Below are positions 33,756 to 43,712 of a stretch of 64,000 nt of DNA, in pieces. Numbering within the stretch: position 1 is the first letter of the stretch; every line of letters begins with the position of its first letter. This DNA is from Candidatus Beckwithbacteria bacterium GW2011_GWC1_49_16 (GTDB lineage: Bacteria; Patescibacteriota; Microgenomatia; UBA1400; CG1-02-47-37), in assembly GCA_001029675.1 (NCBI GenBank), contig CP011210.1, forward strand, positions 64,193-128,192, in the 5' to 3' direction. The position numbers were made by a program, and so were the translations under genes. The notes beneath the pieces were generated by a model, which saw nothing but the letters and a program-made list of their open reading frames with translations, was not told the origin of the DNA and made no database searches.

Positions 33756-35654
33756 TTGATAATGGCAAAACAGGCTAGAAAACCACAAACTCCTCATGAA
33801 ATGGAACGCTTGCGGCAGGCTTTGGAAAAGCAGGCAGGCGGTCCGGTGAAGATGTTTAAGTTTAATCCCAAGAGGATGTTCATTTGGGTGATCGTGGGGT
33901 TTTTGTTGTTGTCGTTTTTCTTTTCTTTTTCCGGGCCGGTGCCGAGCCAAAAGGTATCTTTGTCCCAGCTTTTATCGGACATCAAGCAGGAAAGAATAGA
34001 TAAGATTGACGTTGAAGAAGAGCGCCTGGTGGTTAAATACAAGGATAGGGAGGAGTTGGTAGAGTCGAGAAAAGAGGTCCAGGAGAACTTTACCCAAATT
34101 TTGGACCAAGCCGGGATTGACCCGGCGGCGGTCAATTACGAAGTCAAAGACCAATCGGCGGCCAAGGCCATGAGCAACATTTTGGAGATCTTGCTGCCGG
34201 TGGTGTTGACAGGCTTGATTTTCCTGTTTATTTTTCGTCAAGCTCGGGGGGCCCAAGACGGCCTGTTTTCTTTTGGCCGGTCCCGGGCCAAGGTGTTTGT
34301 CAAAGGCAAGCAGGATGTGACCTTTAAGGACGTGGCCGGGGTGGAGGAGGCCAAAAAAGAGCTGGAAGAGATTGTCGATTTTTTGAAGCACTCGAAGAAA
34401 TACCGAGCGATGGGGGCGCGAACTCCCAAGGGGGTGATTTTGGTGGGGCCGTCTGGTGTGGGCAAGACGTTACTAGCCCGCGCCGTAGCCGGGGAGGCCA
34501 ACGTGCCCTTTTTCAGTATGGCCGGGTCGGAGTTTATGGAAATGTTAGTAGGGGTCGGGGCGTCTAGGGTTCGGGACCTGTTTGACACTGCCAAAAAACA
34601 AGCGCCGTCGATTATTTTTATCGACGAGATTGACGCTATCGGCAGGCAGCGCTCTCGGGGTTTTGCCGGCGGGCACGACGAAAGGGAGCAGACCTTAAAC
34701 CAGATTTTGGTGGAGATGGACGGCTTTACGCCCAACGATCAGGTGATGGTCATGGCCGCTACCAACCGAGGCGACCTCCTTGACCCGGCGCTGATTCGGC
34801 CGGGCCGGTTTGACCGGCGAGTGATTTTGGACATGCCGGACATTGAGGGAAGAAAGCGGATCAGCAAGATCCACGCCCGGGGCAAGCCGTTTACCGACGA
34901 CGTCAACTGGGACAAGGTGGCTAAAAGAACGGTAGGTTTTTCCGGAGCGGACATTGAAAATATGCTCAACGAGGCGGCGATTCTGGCTGCCAGAAATGAA
35001 AAAAAAGCCATTGGCATGGAGGAGCTCGAAGAAGCGGCTTTGAAGGTGAAGCTGGGGCCGGAGAAGAAGTTGAAACAAAGCAAAGAGGATTTGAGAATGA
35101 CGGCCTATCACGAAGCCGGACACGCGGTGGTATCCTACTACTTACCCAAGATGGATCCGGTGCACCGGATCAGCATTGTCTCACGCGGCGGGGCCTTGGG
35201 GCACACCTTGATTCCGCCCAAAATCGACCGCTACACCGAAACCCGGTCGCATTTAGTGGCCCAGATTACCTCGCTTTTGGGGGGCAGGGCGGCGGAAAAG
35301 CTGACTTTTAACGAATTGACCGGCGGGGCGGCCAGCGATATTACCCGGGCGACAGAGCTGGCCCGGGCCATGGTGGTGAGAATGGGCATGAGCGACTTGG
35401 GGCCGATCAACTTGGGGCCAGGGGTAGACATTGCCGAATTGGGTATGGCTTGGTACGAACCCAACCGGGTGTCGGAGGAACTTTTGGCCAAAGCCGACGA
35501 GGAGATTAAAAAGATAGTCTCTCACTGCGCCGATGAGGCAGTGCGTATCCTAACCAAAAACAAAGATAAACTAAAGCTGGTAGCAGAAACACTACTCAAA
35601 AAGGAAACCGTGGAAGCGGAAGAGTTTGAGAGTTTGATGGCTGCCAAGGGCTGA
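33756..35654 (+). CDS. ftsH: ATP-dependent zinc metalloprotease FtsH
   Basis: 632 aa. N-terminal TMs. AAA Walker A GPSGVGKT. Second region of homology. HEAGHAV zinc-binding motif. Confidence 0.92.
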   Translation: MIMAKQARKPQTPHEMERLRQALEKQAGGPVKMFKFNPKRMFIWVIVGFLLLSFFFSFSGPVPSQKVSLSQLLSDIKQERIDKIDVEEERLVVKYKDREELVESRKEVQENFTQILDQAGIDPAAVNYEVKDQSAAKAMSNILEILLPVVLTGLIFLFIFRQARGAQDGLFSFGRSRAKVFVKGKQDVTFKDVAGVEEAKKELEEIVDFLKHSKKYRAMGARTPKGVILVGPSGVGKTLLARAVAGEANVPFFSMAGSEFMEMLVGVGASRVRDLFDTAKKQAPSIIFIDEIDAIGRQRSRGFAGGHDEREQTLNQILVEMDGFTPNDQVMVMAATNRGDLLDPALIRPGRFDRRVILDMPDIEGRKRISKIHARGKPFTDDVNWDKVAKRTVGFSGADIENMLNEAAILAARNEKKAIGMEELEEAALKVKLGPEKKLKQSKEDLRMTAYHEAGHAVVSYYLPKMDPVHRISIVSRGGALGHTLIPPKIDRYTETRSHLVAQITSLLGGRAAEKLTFNELTGGAASDITRATELARAMVVRMGMSDLGPINLGPGVDIAELGMAWYEPNRVSEELLAKADEEIKKIVSHCADEAVRILTKNKDKLKLVAETLLKKETVEAEEFESLMAAKG

Positions 35655-35706
35655 TCTTATAATATTAGATAACTTAAACCTGCCGAGAGGGCAGGTTTTT
35701 TAAAAT

Positions 35707-36273
35707 ATGGCCTTAGTTGAAGAAGGGATTCAGCACTATTTCGACACAGCTCTACCGACTCAAAAGCCAGAGAGGGTGGCGGGGATGATTTTGGAGTTTG
35801 AAAAAGAGGGTTGTGTTGAAGTTAGGCCATTTAAGAAAGATGAGCGATTGGCCGGTCTACAAAATAGGGTTTTTGTGGTTTGTTGTCCAGGAGTGGAAGT
35901 GAAAATGGTTGGTTTGGAGGAAACGCCTGAAGAACACCAAGAATTGTATAAAGTTGAAGGTTTGGGATATCCGGTTTTTCCTGAAGAAAAGGCGATTCAT
36001 TTAGTGTCTAGGGTGGATGGTGAAGCGAGGCGAGGTTTGAGCTTTATGGTAAGCGGCGAGTACATTGACGGCAGTTGTAATGCGCGAATGATAAGAAGGG
36101 CGGGAGAAGGGGTGGTTAACAGAACGGTGGAGGTGAAAAGGAATGAGGTGTTAGCGGTGGTGGCGACAGAGGAGTCCTTGACCATTAAAGTGGCAACAAA
36201 AAATGAGTTGGCGGGGTTGGGTCTAAAATTGCCATCAAGGTGGCGGCGGTTTCAGGGGAGAATGGTACAATAA
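35707..36273 (+). CDS. hypothetical protein
   Basis: 188 aa ORF between ftsH and the 5'-3' exonuclease gene. No recognisable motif. Confidence 0.4.
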   Translation: MALVEEGIQHYFDTALPTQKPERVAGMILEFEKEGCVEVRPFKKDERLAGLQNRVFVVCCPGVEVKMVGLEETPEEHQELYKVEGLGYPVFPEEKAIHLVSRVDGEARRGLSFMVSGEYIDGSCNARMIRRAGEGVVNRTVEVKRNEVLAVVATEESLTIKVATKNELAGLGLKLPSRWRRFQGRMVQ

Positions 36274-36277
36274 CCTC

Positions 36278-37207
36278 ATGAAAAGGCGATTGGTGTTGAT
36301 CGATGGGCACGCGATTGTGTTTCGAGCTTATTACGCTTACCCGGCGTCTTTGACCACCCCTGAAGGAGAACAAATCAACGCGGTTTATGGCTTCGCCAGC
36401 ATACTTTTATCGGTGGTGAGGGAGCTAGCGCCGACCCATATTGCGGTCGCTTTTGACCTGGATAAGCCGACTTTTAGGCACATCGACTACGCGGGTTACA
36501 AAGCCCAACGGCCGGAAGTAGACGTGGAGTTGACGAACCAGCTTGATCGGGTTAGAGAAGTGGTTGAGGTGTTGAGCATGCCGATTTTTCAGGTGGAAGG
36601 TTTCGAAGCCGACGACGTCATTGGCACATTGGCTCGCCAGGCCGCAGATGGGGGGGAAGTAATAATTGTTACCGGCGATCAAGACGCGATGCAGTTGGTG
36701 GACGATAGTGTCAGGGTGTGGTTGCCCAAGAGAGGTAAACAGGAGGCGAAACTTTACGGGGTAGAGGAGGTAAAGCAAAAGTTTGAGCTGACGCCGGAGC
36801 AGATTGTCGACCTTAAGGCTTTAGCCGGAGACGCGTCGGATAATATTCCGGGAGTCCGCGGCATCGGGCCCAAGACGGCCACGACGCTTTTAAACAAGTT
36901 TTTGACGGTAGAAAGATTGTATGACGCCATCCGCTCCAAAAACCTACCAGCCGTGTCGGCAGCGGTGATTAAAAAACTGGCTGACGGTTACGAGGAGGCA
37001 GTCAGAAGCAAAAAATTGGCGGCGATTGTGACCGACGTGCCGATTAAATTATCCTGGGATAAGTGCCGGATACATGAGTATGATAAGGCCAAGGCGGTAA
37101 AACTGTTTAATAAATTTGGGTTTAAGTCTTTGGTTAACAAGTTGCCCAACGATGAGAAGGAAGAGGAGTTAACTCAAGTGTTTGAAGTGGGGTTGTTTGA
37201 GAAATGA
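36278..37207 (+). CDS. stand-alone 5'-3' exonuclease (Pol I N-terminal / FEN-like)
   Basis: 309 aa. LIDGHAIVFRAYYA N-terminus. Acidic clusters EADDVIGT and GDQDAMQLV. H3TH motif GIGPKTA. No polymerase domain. Confidence 0.8.
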   Translation: MKRRLVLIDGHAIVFRAYYAYPASLTTPEGEQINAVYGFASILLSVVRELAPTHIAVAFDLDKPTFRHIDYAGYKAQRPEVDVELTNQLDRVREVVEVLSMPIFQVEGFEADDVIGTLARQAADGGEVIIVTGDQDAMQLVDDSVRVWLPKRGKQEAKLYGVEEVKQKFELTPEQIVDLKALAGDASDNIPGVRGIGPKTATTLLNKFLTVERLYDAIRSKNLPAVSAAVIKKLADGYEEAVRSKKLAAIVTDVPIKLSWDKCRIHEYDKAKAVKLFNKFGFKSLVNKLPNDEKEEELTQVFEVGLFEK

Positions 37208-38337
37208 AGCTAGCTTTGATCCACGATTATTTGAATGAGTTTGGCGGGGCAGAGAGGGTGCTTTTGGCTTTGTCAGAAATTTGGCCCCGGGCACCGATCT
37301 ACACTGCTTTTTACAAAAAGGGCTCGCCGGCGTGGCAGAGGTTTAAAGATAAAGACGTGAGAGTTAGCTTTGCGCAAAAGATTCCATTTTTTCCCGGCAA
37401 GCTTCATTCGCCGTTAAGGTTTTTGGCGCCAAAGATCTGGGGGAGCGTGGCACAGGAGCTTAAAGATTATGACGTGGTGATTTCTTCTGCTAGCTGGTAT
37501 GTGACTAAGGGTTTTGGTGTCCCGATTGAAATTTGTTACTGCCACACGCCGCCGCGGTGGCTTTATGGTTATCCGACTTCGGTGGAGTGGCAAAAGTATT
37601 GGCCGGTTAAAGTTTACGGTCTGGTGGTGGGCCATTTTATGCGGCTTTATGATTATGAAGCAGCCCAAAAGGTGACTTACTTTATCGCCAACAGCGACAA
37701 TGTTAAAAAAAGAATCGCCAAGTTTTATCGGAGAGATAGTCAGGTTATCTATCCACCGGTTGATTTAGGCAGCAGCAATCAGCTCCTAGCTTCTAGCAGA
37801 AAAAAAGACTACTACTTAGTGGTTTCCAGGATCGTGGGCGGAAAAGGTCTTCAGTTGGCGGTAAAAACGGCGGTCAAGCACGGGCTTAAACTTAAAGTGG
37901 TGGGCGAGGCGGCAGGTTGGGGCAGGGAGTTTGAGCGGCTACAAAAGGGGGTCTCTCGACAAGCTCGAGATAAAATTAAGTTTATGGGGCGAGTTGACGA
38001 CGAGAAACTGGTTAAGCTTTACTCGCAAGCCAAGGCCTTTCTGGCGTTGGCGACCGACGAGGATTTTGGCATGACGCCGGTGGAGGCGATGGCATGCGGT
38101 ACGGGAGTGGTGGCTTACAACGGCGGGGGCTACCGGGAGACAATTTTGCCGGGCAAAACAGGAGTGCTGTTTGATAATTACTCGGTTGAAGGTTTATGGC
38201 AGGCGCTCAAGCGCTTCAATAATTTAAATTATCTTAGTGTCAGAAAAAACTGCCTTGACCAAGCCAGAAAGTTTAGTAAAGCCCGGTTTAAGAGAGAGAT
38301 GAAAGAGTTTGTTGAGGAAAAAGTCAAGAAAGCCTGA
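37204..38337 (+). CDS. GT4-family glycosyltransferase
   Basis: 377 aa. C-terminal EDFGMTPVEAMACGTGVVAYNGGGYRETI = E-X7-E / Glycos_transf_1 signature. Confidence 0.8.
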   Translation: MKLALIHDYLNEFGGAERVLLALSEIWPRAPIYTAFYKKGSPAWQRFKDKDVRVSFAQKIPFFPGKLHSPLRFLAPKIWGSVAQELKDYDVVISSASWYVTKGFGVPIEICYCHTPPRWLYGYPTSVEWQKYWPVKVYGLVVGHFMRLYDYEAAQKVTYFIANSDNVKKRIAKFYRRDSQVIYPPVDLGSSNQLLASSRKKDYYLVVSRIVGGKGLQLAVKTAVKHGLKLKVVGEAAGWGREFERLQKGVSRQARDKIKFMGRVDDEKLVKLYSQAKAFLALATDEDFGMTPVEAMACGTGVVAYNGGGYRETILPGKTGVLFDNYSVEGLWQALKRFNNLNYLSVRKNCLDQARKFSKARFKREMKEFVEEKVKKA

Positions 38338-38350
38338 TAGAATAGGACGC

Positions 38351-39310
38351 ATGCCTTCCAAGATAGTTCTTGAGGTGAATAACCTGACTAAGGTGTTTGA
38401 CGGCGGCTTTTCTTTTCGAAAAATGAAACGAAACGAGCCGACGCTGGCCGTTTACAAGGTTTCTTTCAAGATTCATGAAGGCGAGATTGTGGGGCTTTTG
38501 GGCCCGAACGGAGCCGGTAAAACTACCACGATCCAAATGCTTTTAGGGACGACAGCGGAAACGGCCGGGACGATAAAATACTTTGGAAAAAACGTTAAAA
38601 AAAATCGACCAGAATTGATGCAGCAGGTGAATTACTCCTCGGCCTATGCCAAGCTGCCGTGGCTGACGGTGTTTGAGAACTTGATGGTGTTTGCCAAGCT
38701 GTATCAAGTGGAAAAACCGGAAGAGAGGATTGAAATGTTGTTAAGCGAATTTGGCATGTCGGAATACAAGCACAAAATTGCTAATGCGTTAAGCGCCGGG
38801 CAGTTGACCCGGGTGCTACTAGCTAAAGCGTTTATCAACTTTCCCAGGATACTGCTTTTGGACGAGCCGACCGCCAGCCTTGATCCTGATATTGCCGACA
38901 GCGTCAGAAAATTTTTGTTAAAGCAGCAGCAAAAGTATGGAGTAGCGATGCTGTTTACTTCGCACAACATGGCCGAGGTAGCGGAAGTGTGTGACCGGGT
39001 GATCTTTTTGAGAAAAGGCAAGATCGTTGCCGAGGATACGCCTGATGGTTTGGCTAAAACAGTTAAAAACTGCACTTTAAGGTTGTGGGTGGGAGATGGT
39101 TTGAAGCGGCTTAAGGCCTTTGCCCAAGGCAGAGGCTATCCGGTTAAAGTCAGCGGCAGGGAGGCGGAAGTGGTAATCAAGGAAGACGAGGTAGCGGCGT
39201 TTTTAAACAAGTTGGCCAGACACAATATTAAGTATTCAAAAATCAGCATCGACAAGCCGACTTTAGAAGATTACTTTATTGCTCAAAGCGGGAGGGAAAA
39301 TGAGTCTTAA
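38351..39310 (+). CDS. ABC transporter ATP-binding protein (ABC-2 exporter type)
   Basis: Walker A GPNGAGKTT. Signature LSAGQLTRV. Walker B LLLDEPTASLD. Start at the ATG after the GT4 stop. Confidence 0.85.
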   Translation: MPSKIVLEVNNLTKVFDGGFSFRKMKRNEPTLAVYKVSFKIHEGEIVGLLGPNGAGKTTTIQMLLGTTAETAGTIKYFGKNVKKNRPELMQQVNYSSAYAKLPWLTVFENLMVFAKLYQVEKPEERIEMLLSEFGMSEYKHKIANALSAGQLTRVLLAKAFINFPRILLLDEPTASLDPDIADSVRKFLLKQQQKYGVAMLFTSHNMAEVAEVCDRVIFLRKGKIVAEDTPDGLAKTVKNCTLRLWVGDGLKRLKAFAQGRGYPVKVSGREAEVVIKEDEVAAFLNKLARHNIKYSKISIDKPTLEDYFIAQSGRENES

Positions 39311-40082
39311 TCGGGTCAAGGCGATTTGGTGGCGTCACGCTTACGATTTAAAACATAATGTGGGTAGGCTGTTTGATACTTTCTACTGGCCGGCCTTGGA
39401 TATTGTTTTGTGGGGGATGACCAGTGTTTACTTTCAGCAGAAGGCGGCAACAGCTGACATAGTTTTGGTGTTGTTATCCGGGTTAGTGTTTTGGCAGGTG
39501 ATCTGGCGGAGTCAGTATGAAGTGACGGTCAACTTACTCGAAGAGCTTTGGTCGCATAACTTAGTAAACGTGTTGGCGACTCCACTGACAATTTATGAAT
39601 GGGTAGTGGCGGTAATTTGTTTAGGGTTTATAAGAATGTTTTTTGCCATTGGTTTTGGTTTGGCATTGGTGTACTGGTTGTATGGGGTAAATATTTTACA
39701 GGTGGGCTGGATGATGGTGCCGTTTGTGGCGCTACTTTTAATGAGCGGCTGGTATATTGGTTTGGTAGCTGCCGGAGTAATTCTAAGATTTGGGATGAGA
39801 ATTGAGGTCATTGCTTGGTCGGGGGTGTCTTTGTTGGCGCCGTTTTCGGCGATTTACTATCCGGTAAGCACGCTGCCAGAATGGGGGCAGAGGATTGCCG
39901 CTTGGGTGCCCGCCAGTTATGTTTTTGAAGGTATGAGGGTGGTTTTGAGTCGGGGTCAAATTGACCAAGCGATGTTGTTGAAAAGCTTGGGGTTGACGGT
40001 GATCTATTTAGTCTTGGGGCTGGGCTTTTTTTGGTTGATGTATCAGCAAAGGAGAAAGCTGGGCGTGTCCAGCCTGGAGTAG
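39300..40082 (+). CDS. ABC-2 family transporter permease
   Basis: ~260 aa, 6 predicted TM helices. Translationally coupled to the ATPase gene (ATG overlaps its last codons). Confidence 0.7.
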   Translation: MSLNRVKAIWWRHAYDLKHNVGRLFDTFYWPALDIVLWGMTSVYFQQKAATADIVLVLLSGLVFWQVIWRSQYEVTVNLLEELWSHNLVNVLATPLTIYEWVVAVICLGFIRMFFAIGFGLALVYWLYGVNILQVGWMMVPFVALLLMSGWYIGLVAAGVILRFGMRIEVIAWSGVSLLAPFSAIYYPVSTLPEWGQRIAAWVPASYVFEGMRVVLSRGQIDQAMLLKSLGLTVIYLVLGLGFFWLMYQQRRKLGVSSLE

Positions 40083-40084
40083 TT

Positions 40085-40963
40085 ATGCCGGAACTACCTG
40101 AGGTAGAAACCATACGCCGTCAACTGCAGAAAGTTTTGGTGGGGCAGGCGATAAAAAAGATAACGGTGAGAAGGGCCAAAAGCTGGCAGGGAGATAAACA
40201 GGCGGTGGCGGGCAAGAAGATTTTAGGGGTGGAAAGAAAAGCTAAGATGTTTGTTATTAAGCTTTCCGGAGGAATGAACTTGTGGATTCACCTGAAAATG
40301 ACGGGGCAGCTGGTTTACACCAGCAAACCCGAAGCTCGAAACCCGAAACCCGAAACAAGAATTGCCGGCGGCCACCCGACTGCGGACTGGGTGAGTAAGC
40401 TTCCCAGCAAACACACCCGAGTGGTTTTAGGGCTTTCCCGCGGCCGGCTTTTCTTTAACGACATGAGAGTGTTTGGTTGGGTTAAGACGGTGAGTGATAA
40501 AAAGCTTAAGGCGGAGCTTGATAAACTACCGCCGGATGTGATTGATAAGGAAGCCACTGCAGAGTATCTAAAAAAAATTCTGGCGTCTTCCCGGAGGGCG
40601 GTGAAACTGGTGATCTGCGACCAGGCAAAACTGGGCGGAGTGGGCAACATTTATGCCAATGATGCCTTATTCTGCGCCGGCATAGATCCGAGAAGGCAGG
40701 CACAGAAAATAACCAATTCACAATTTACAATTTTCAAACTTCATAAATGCTTAAGAAAAGTGATAAATAACGGTATTAAATATGGCGGGGCCACAGCCAG
40801 CGACGAAAATTTTGTTAATGTGTCGGGAATGGGCGGGAAGTACCAAGAGCATTTTTTAGTCTACGAGCGGGCGGGAGAAAAATGTCGGCGGGATGGGGGG
40901 ATTATAAAAAAGATAAAACTGGGGGGTAGGGGGACATACTTTTGCCCCAAGTGTCAAAAATGA
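40085..40963 (+). CDS. mutM: formamidopyrimidine-DNA glycosylase (Fpg/MutM; Fpg/Nei family)
   Basis: MPELPEVE N-terminal catalytic Pro. H2TH region. C-terminal zinc finger CPKC. Confidence 0.85.
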   Translation: MPELPEVETIRRQLQKVLVGQAIKKITVRRAKSWQGDKQAVAGKKILGVERKAKMFVIKLSGGMNLWIHLKMTGQLVYTSKPEARNPKPETRIAGGHPTADWVSKLPSKHTRVVLGLSRGRLFFNDMRVFGWVKTVSDKKLKAELDKLPPDVIDKEATAEYLKKILASSRRAVKLVICDQAKLGGVGNIYANDALFCAGIDPRRQAQKITNSQFTIFKLHKCLRKVINNGIKYGGATASDENFVNVSGMGGKYQEHFLVYERAGEKCRRDGGIIKKIKLGGRGTYFCPKCQK

Positions 40964-41976
40964 TTTTAGCCAGTTTGCAACTAAAAAACTTCAGAAACTA
41001 CCGCAAGAAAATGGTGGTGCTAACAGATAACACCACCTTGATTGTCGGGGACAACGGCGCGGGCAAGACCAATATTTTGGAGGCGGTCTATCTTTTGGCC
41101 ACGGGCAAAAGTTTTCGGGCGACGCGGGAAGATCAAATGATTTTTTATGGCGAAAACTTAACCCGGGTAGTGGGGCAAGCCAGCGAAGAGTTGGAGATTA
41201 GGTTGACGGGCGGCCAGAAGCGATATCTGGTCAATGGAGTGGGTAAGAGGAGGATGGACTTTGTGGGCATTTTACGCTCTGTTTTGTTTCGACCGGAGGA
41301 CATCGAGTTGACTTTGGGGAGCCCGAAGATAAGGCGGGACTATTTGGACAGCGTTTTGGAGCAGACGGACAGGGAGTATCGCCGGTCTAATTTGTCTTAT
41401 CAAAAAGGCTTGAGGCAAAGGAATAAACTTTTGGAAAAGATTCGCGAGGGCGAGGGAGAAAGAAAACAGCTTATATTTTGGGACCAGATGTTGATTAAGA
41501 ATGGGGATATCGTGGCCGGCAAGCGCGAAGAATTTTTGGGATTTATCAGCGAGGGGTTGGCAAAGCGGGGGTTGGGGTTGAAGTTGGCATATGATAAGAG
41601 CGTGATTTCGGTTAGTAGACTGAAACAGTATGAAACTCAAGAAGTGGCGGCGGCGACCACTTTGGTGGGGCCGCACCGGGACGACTTTGGCTTTATCAGC
41701 CGTCGACCCGGCAAGGCAGAGAAGAATTTAAGCCTTTATGGATCGCGGGGGGAACAGCGGATAGCGGTATTTGCGGTTAAGCTCATTGAGCTTGAGTTTG
41801 TGGCCGAAAAGAGCGAGACAAGGCCGGTGCTTTTATTGGACGATATTTTTTCCGAGCTTGATGCCCGGCACCGCCAAGAAGTGGTCAAGCTGTTGGCCAA
41901 GCAACAGACCATCATTACTGCCACCGACGAAGCGATGCTACCGAAATCCGCCCACGCCGAAGTGGTGAGGTTATGA
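40960..41976 (+). CDS. recF: DNA replication and repair protein RecF
   Basis: Walker A GDNGAGKTNILEA. RecF-type SMC-like signature. ATG overlaps the mutM stop (ATGA). Confidence 0.85.
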   Translation: MILASLQLKNFRNYRKKMVVLTDNTTLIVGDNGAGKTNILEAVYLLATGKSFRATREDQMIFYGENLTRVVGQASEELEIRLTGGQKRYLVNGVGKRRMDFVGILRSVLFRPEDIELTLGSPKIRRDYLDSVLEQTDREYRRSNLSYQKGLRQRNKLLEKIREGEGERKQLIFWDQMLIKNGDIVAGKREEFLGFISEGLAKRGLGLKLAYDKSVISVSRLKQYETQEVAAATTLVGPHRDDFGFISRRPGKAEKNLSLYGSRGEQRIAVFAVKLIELEFVAEKSETRPVLLLDDIFSELDARHRQEVVKLLAKQQTIITATDEAMLPKSAHAEVVRL

Positions 41977-42533
41977 GGCTGTTTGTCGGCTTGCCGCTAA
42001 GTGACGAGGCCAAGCGGGGGGTAGCCAAAATAATCAAAGATTTAAAACGGGGTCACTGGCCGGTGAGATGGGAAGATGAAGACAAGTGGCACTTTACAGC
42101 AGCCTTTTTAGGAGAAGTAGATAAGTTCGATCGGGTAGCCGCAGCGGTCAAAAGAGGCGTTGGCGAGATAAAACCGTTTGAAGTTGGTTTTAAGGGATTG
42201 GGTGCGTTTCCCTTTTTAGTGATCCCTAAAGTCATCTGGTTAGGCTTAAACGGCGACTTGAAAACCATGGCCCGGCTTTACAAGCAAGTGAGGGCGGAGT
42301 TGTCCGGGGCGGGGTTTGAGTTTGAGGAAAGATCGTTCATGCCCCACGTGACTATAGGCAGAGTTGGTAAAGAAGCTAAAAGAAAACAGCGGTTGGAACT
42401 GGGAAAGCTGGTGGCCAAAAAACTTCAGCTTAAAATCCCCCAACGTTGGCAGGTCGACAGAGTGGTGGTGTATGAGAGCAGGCTCTCGCCCAAAGGATCA
42501 AAGTATCAAGTGATCGAAGAAATTAACCTGTGA
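41973..42533 (+). CDS. thpR: RNA 2',3'-cyclic phosphodiesterase (ThpR/LigT, 2H phosphoesterase)
   Basis: Two H-x-T/S motifs: WHFTAAFLG and PHVTIGRV. ~185 aa. Confidence 0.8.
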   Translation: MRLFVGLPLSDEAKRGVAKIIKDLKRGHWPVRWEDEDKWHFTAAFLGEVDKFDRVAAAVKRGVGEIKPFEVGFKGLGAFPFLVIPKVIWLGLNGDLKTMARLYKQVRAELSGAGFEFEERSFMPHVTIGRVGKEAKRKQRLELGKLVAKKLQLKIPQRWQVDRVVVYESRLSPKGSKYQVIEEINL

Positions 42534-42545
42534 TAGAATAGGAAC

Positions 42546-43712
42546 ATGCTAACCCGGGCGGTGAAGAAACTGACGCCGTCTGCCACTTTAGCCATTACCG
42601 CTCGCGCCAAACAGATGGCGGCCGAGGGAGATTGGGTGATAAGTTTTGCGGCGGGGCAACCCGATTTTGACACGCCAACCATAGTTAAAAACGCGGCCAA
42701 AACGGCACTCGATCAGGGTTTTACCAAGTACACCCCGAGTTCAGGAATTCCGGAATTAAAAGAAGCGATTGTTAGGAAACTCAAGCGGGATAACAAGCTT
42801 AGATACATTCCCGGTCAGGTAATAGTAGCCAACGGAGCCAAGCAGGCCTTATTTGAGGCGATCATGGCGTTGGCGGAGGCCGGCGACGAGGTGGTCATCC
42901 CGACGCCTTACTGGGTGAGTTATCCGGAGATGGTCAAGGCAAGTGGGGCCAAACCGGTGATCGTTAACACCGGGAGTGATTTTAGGTTGACGCCGGAAAG
43001 GTTGGCTCGCGTCCTAAACGGCAAGAGCCGGGCGTTGATTGTAAACGCCCCCAGCAACCCGACGGGAGTGATGTATGACAGGCGGGAATTGGCTGATCTC
43101 TCGCGGGTGGCTTTAAGATACAAAAAGCTCCGGGTGATTTCAGACGAGTGCTATGACCAGTTTTACTACGGCAAGGGAGCGCAAGTCAGTTTTGCCGCTT
43201 TGAGCCGTGAGGCTTACCGGCGGACGATAACGGTTAATTCGTTGTCGAAAAGCTTTTCCATGACCGGCTGGCGGATTGGCTACGCGGCCGGAGACGAGAA
43301 AGTGATTGCTGCCATGGGTGCGCTACAAAGCCACCTAACGGCCAACCCGACTTCATTTGCCCAAAAGGGGGCGGTGGTGGCGCTTGAAAAGGCCGGCGCT
43401 TTTACCAAAAAAATGCGGCGGGAGTTTGCCAGGCGGCGCTTGATGATGGTGGCGGGGTTAAACAAAATTGCCGGGCTTAAGGCGAGTCTTCCCGACGGAG
43501 CTTTTTATGTGATGGCCGACGTTAGCCAATTGACTAAAAGCAGCCTTGATTTTGCCGAGAAGCTTTTGGCAAAGCAAAAGGTGGCGGTGATTCCGGGGGC
43601 GCCCTTTGGCGCCGAGGGTTACATTCGCTTGAGTTTTGCTTGTAGTTTGGGGGATATTAAGGAAGGCCTAAAAAGGCTGACAAAGTTTATTGAAAAGGAA
43701 TATGGAAGTTAA
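42546..43712 (+). CDS. pyridoxal-phosphate-dependent aminotransferase, class I (aspartate aminotransferase-like)
   Basis: 388 aa. NPTG...SLSKSFSMTGWRIGY PLP-lysine region typical of class I/II aminotransferases. Confidence 0.8.
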   Translation: MLTRAVKKLTPSATLAITARAKQMAAEGDWVISFAAGQPDFDTPTIVKNAAKTALDQGFTKYTPSSGIPELKEAIVRKLKRDNKLRYIPGQVIVANGAKQALFEAIMALAEAGDEVVIPTPYWVSYPEMVKASGAKPVIVNTGSDFRLTPERLARVLNGKSRALIVNAPSNPTGVMYDRRELADLSRVALRYKKLRVISDECYDQFYYGKGAQVSFAALSREAYRRTITVNSLSKSFSMTGWRIGYAAGDEKVIAAMGALQSHLTANPTSFAQKGAVVALEKAGAFTKKMRREFARRRLMMVAGLNKIAGLKASLPDGAFYVMADVSQLTKSSLDFAEKLLAKQKVAVIPGAPFGAEGYIRLSFACSLGDIKEGLKRLTKFIEKEYGS

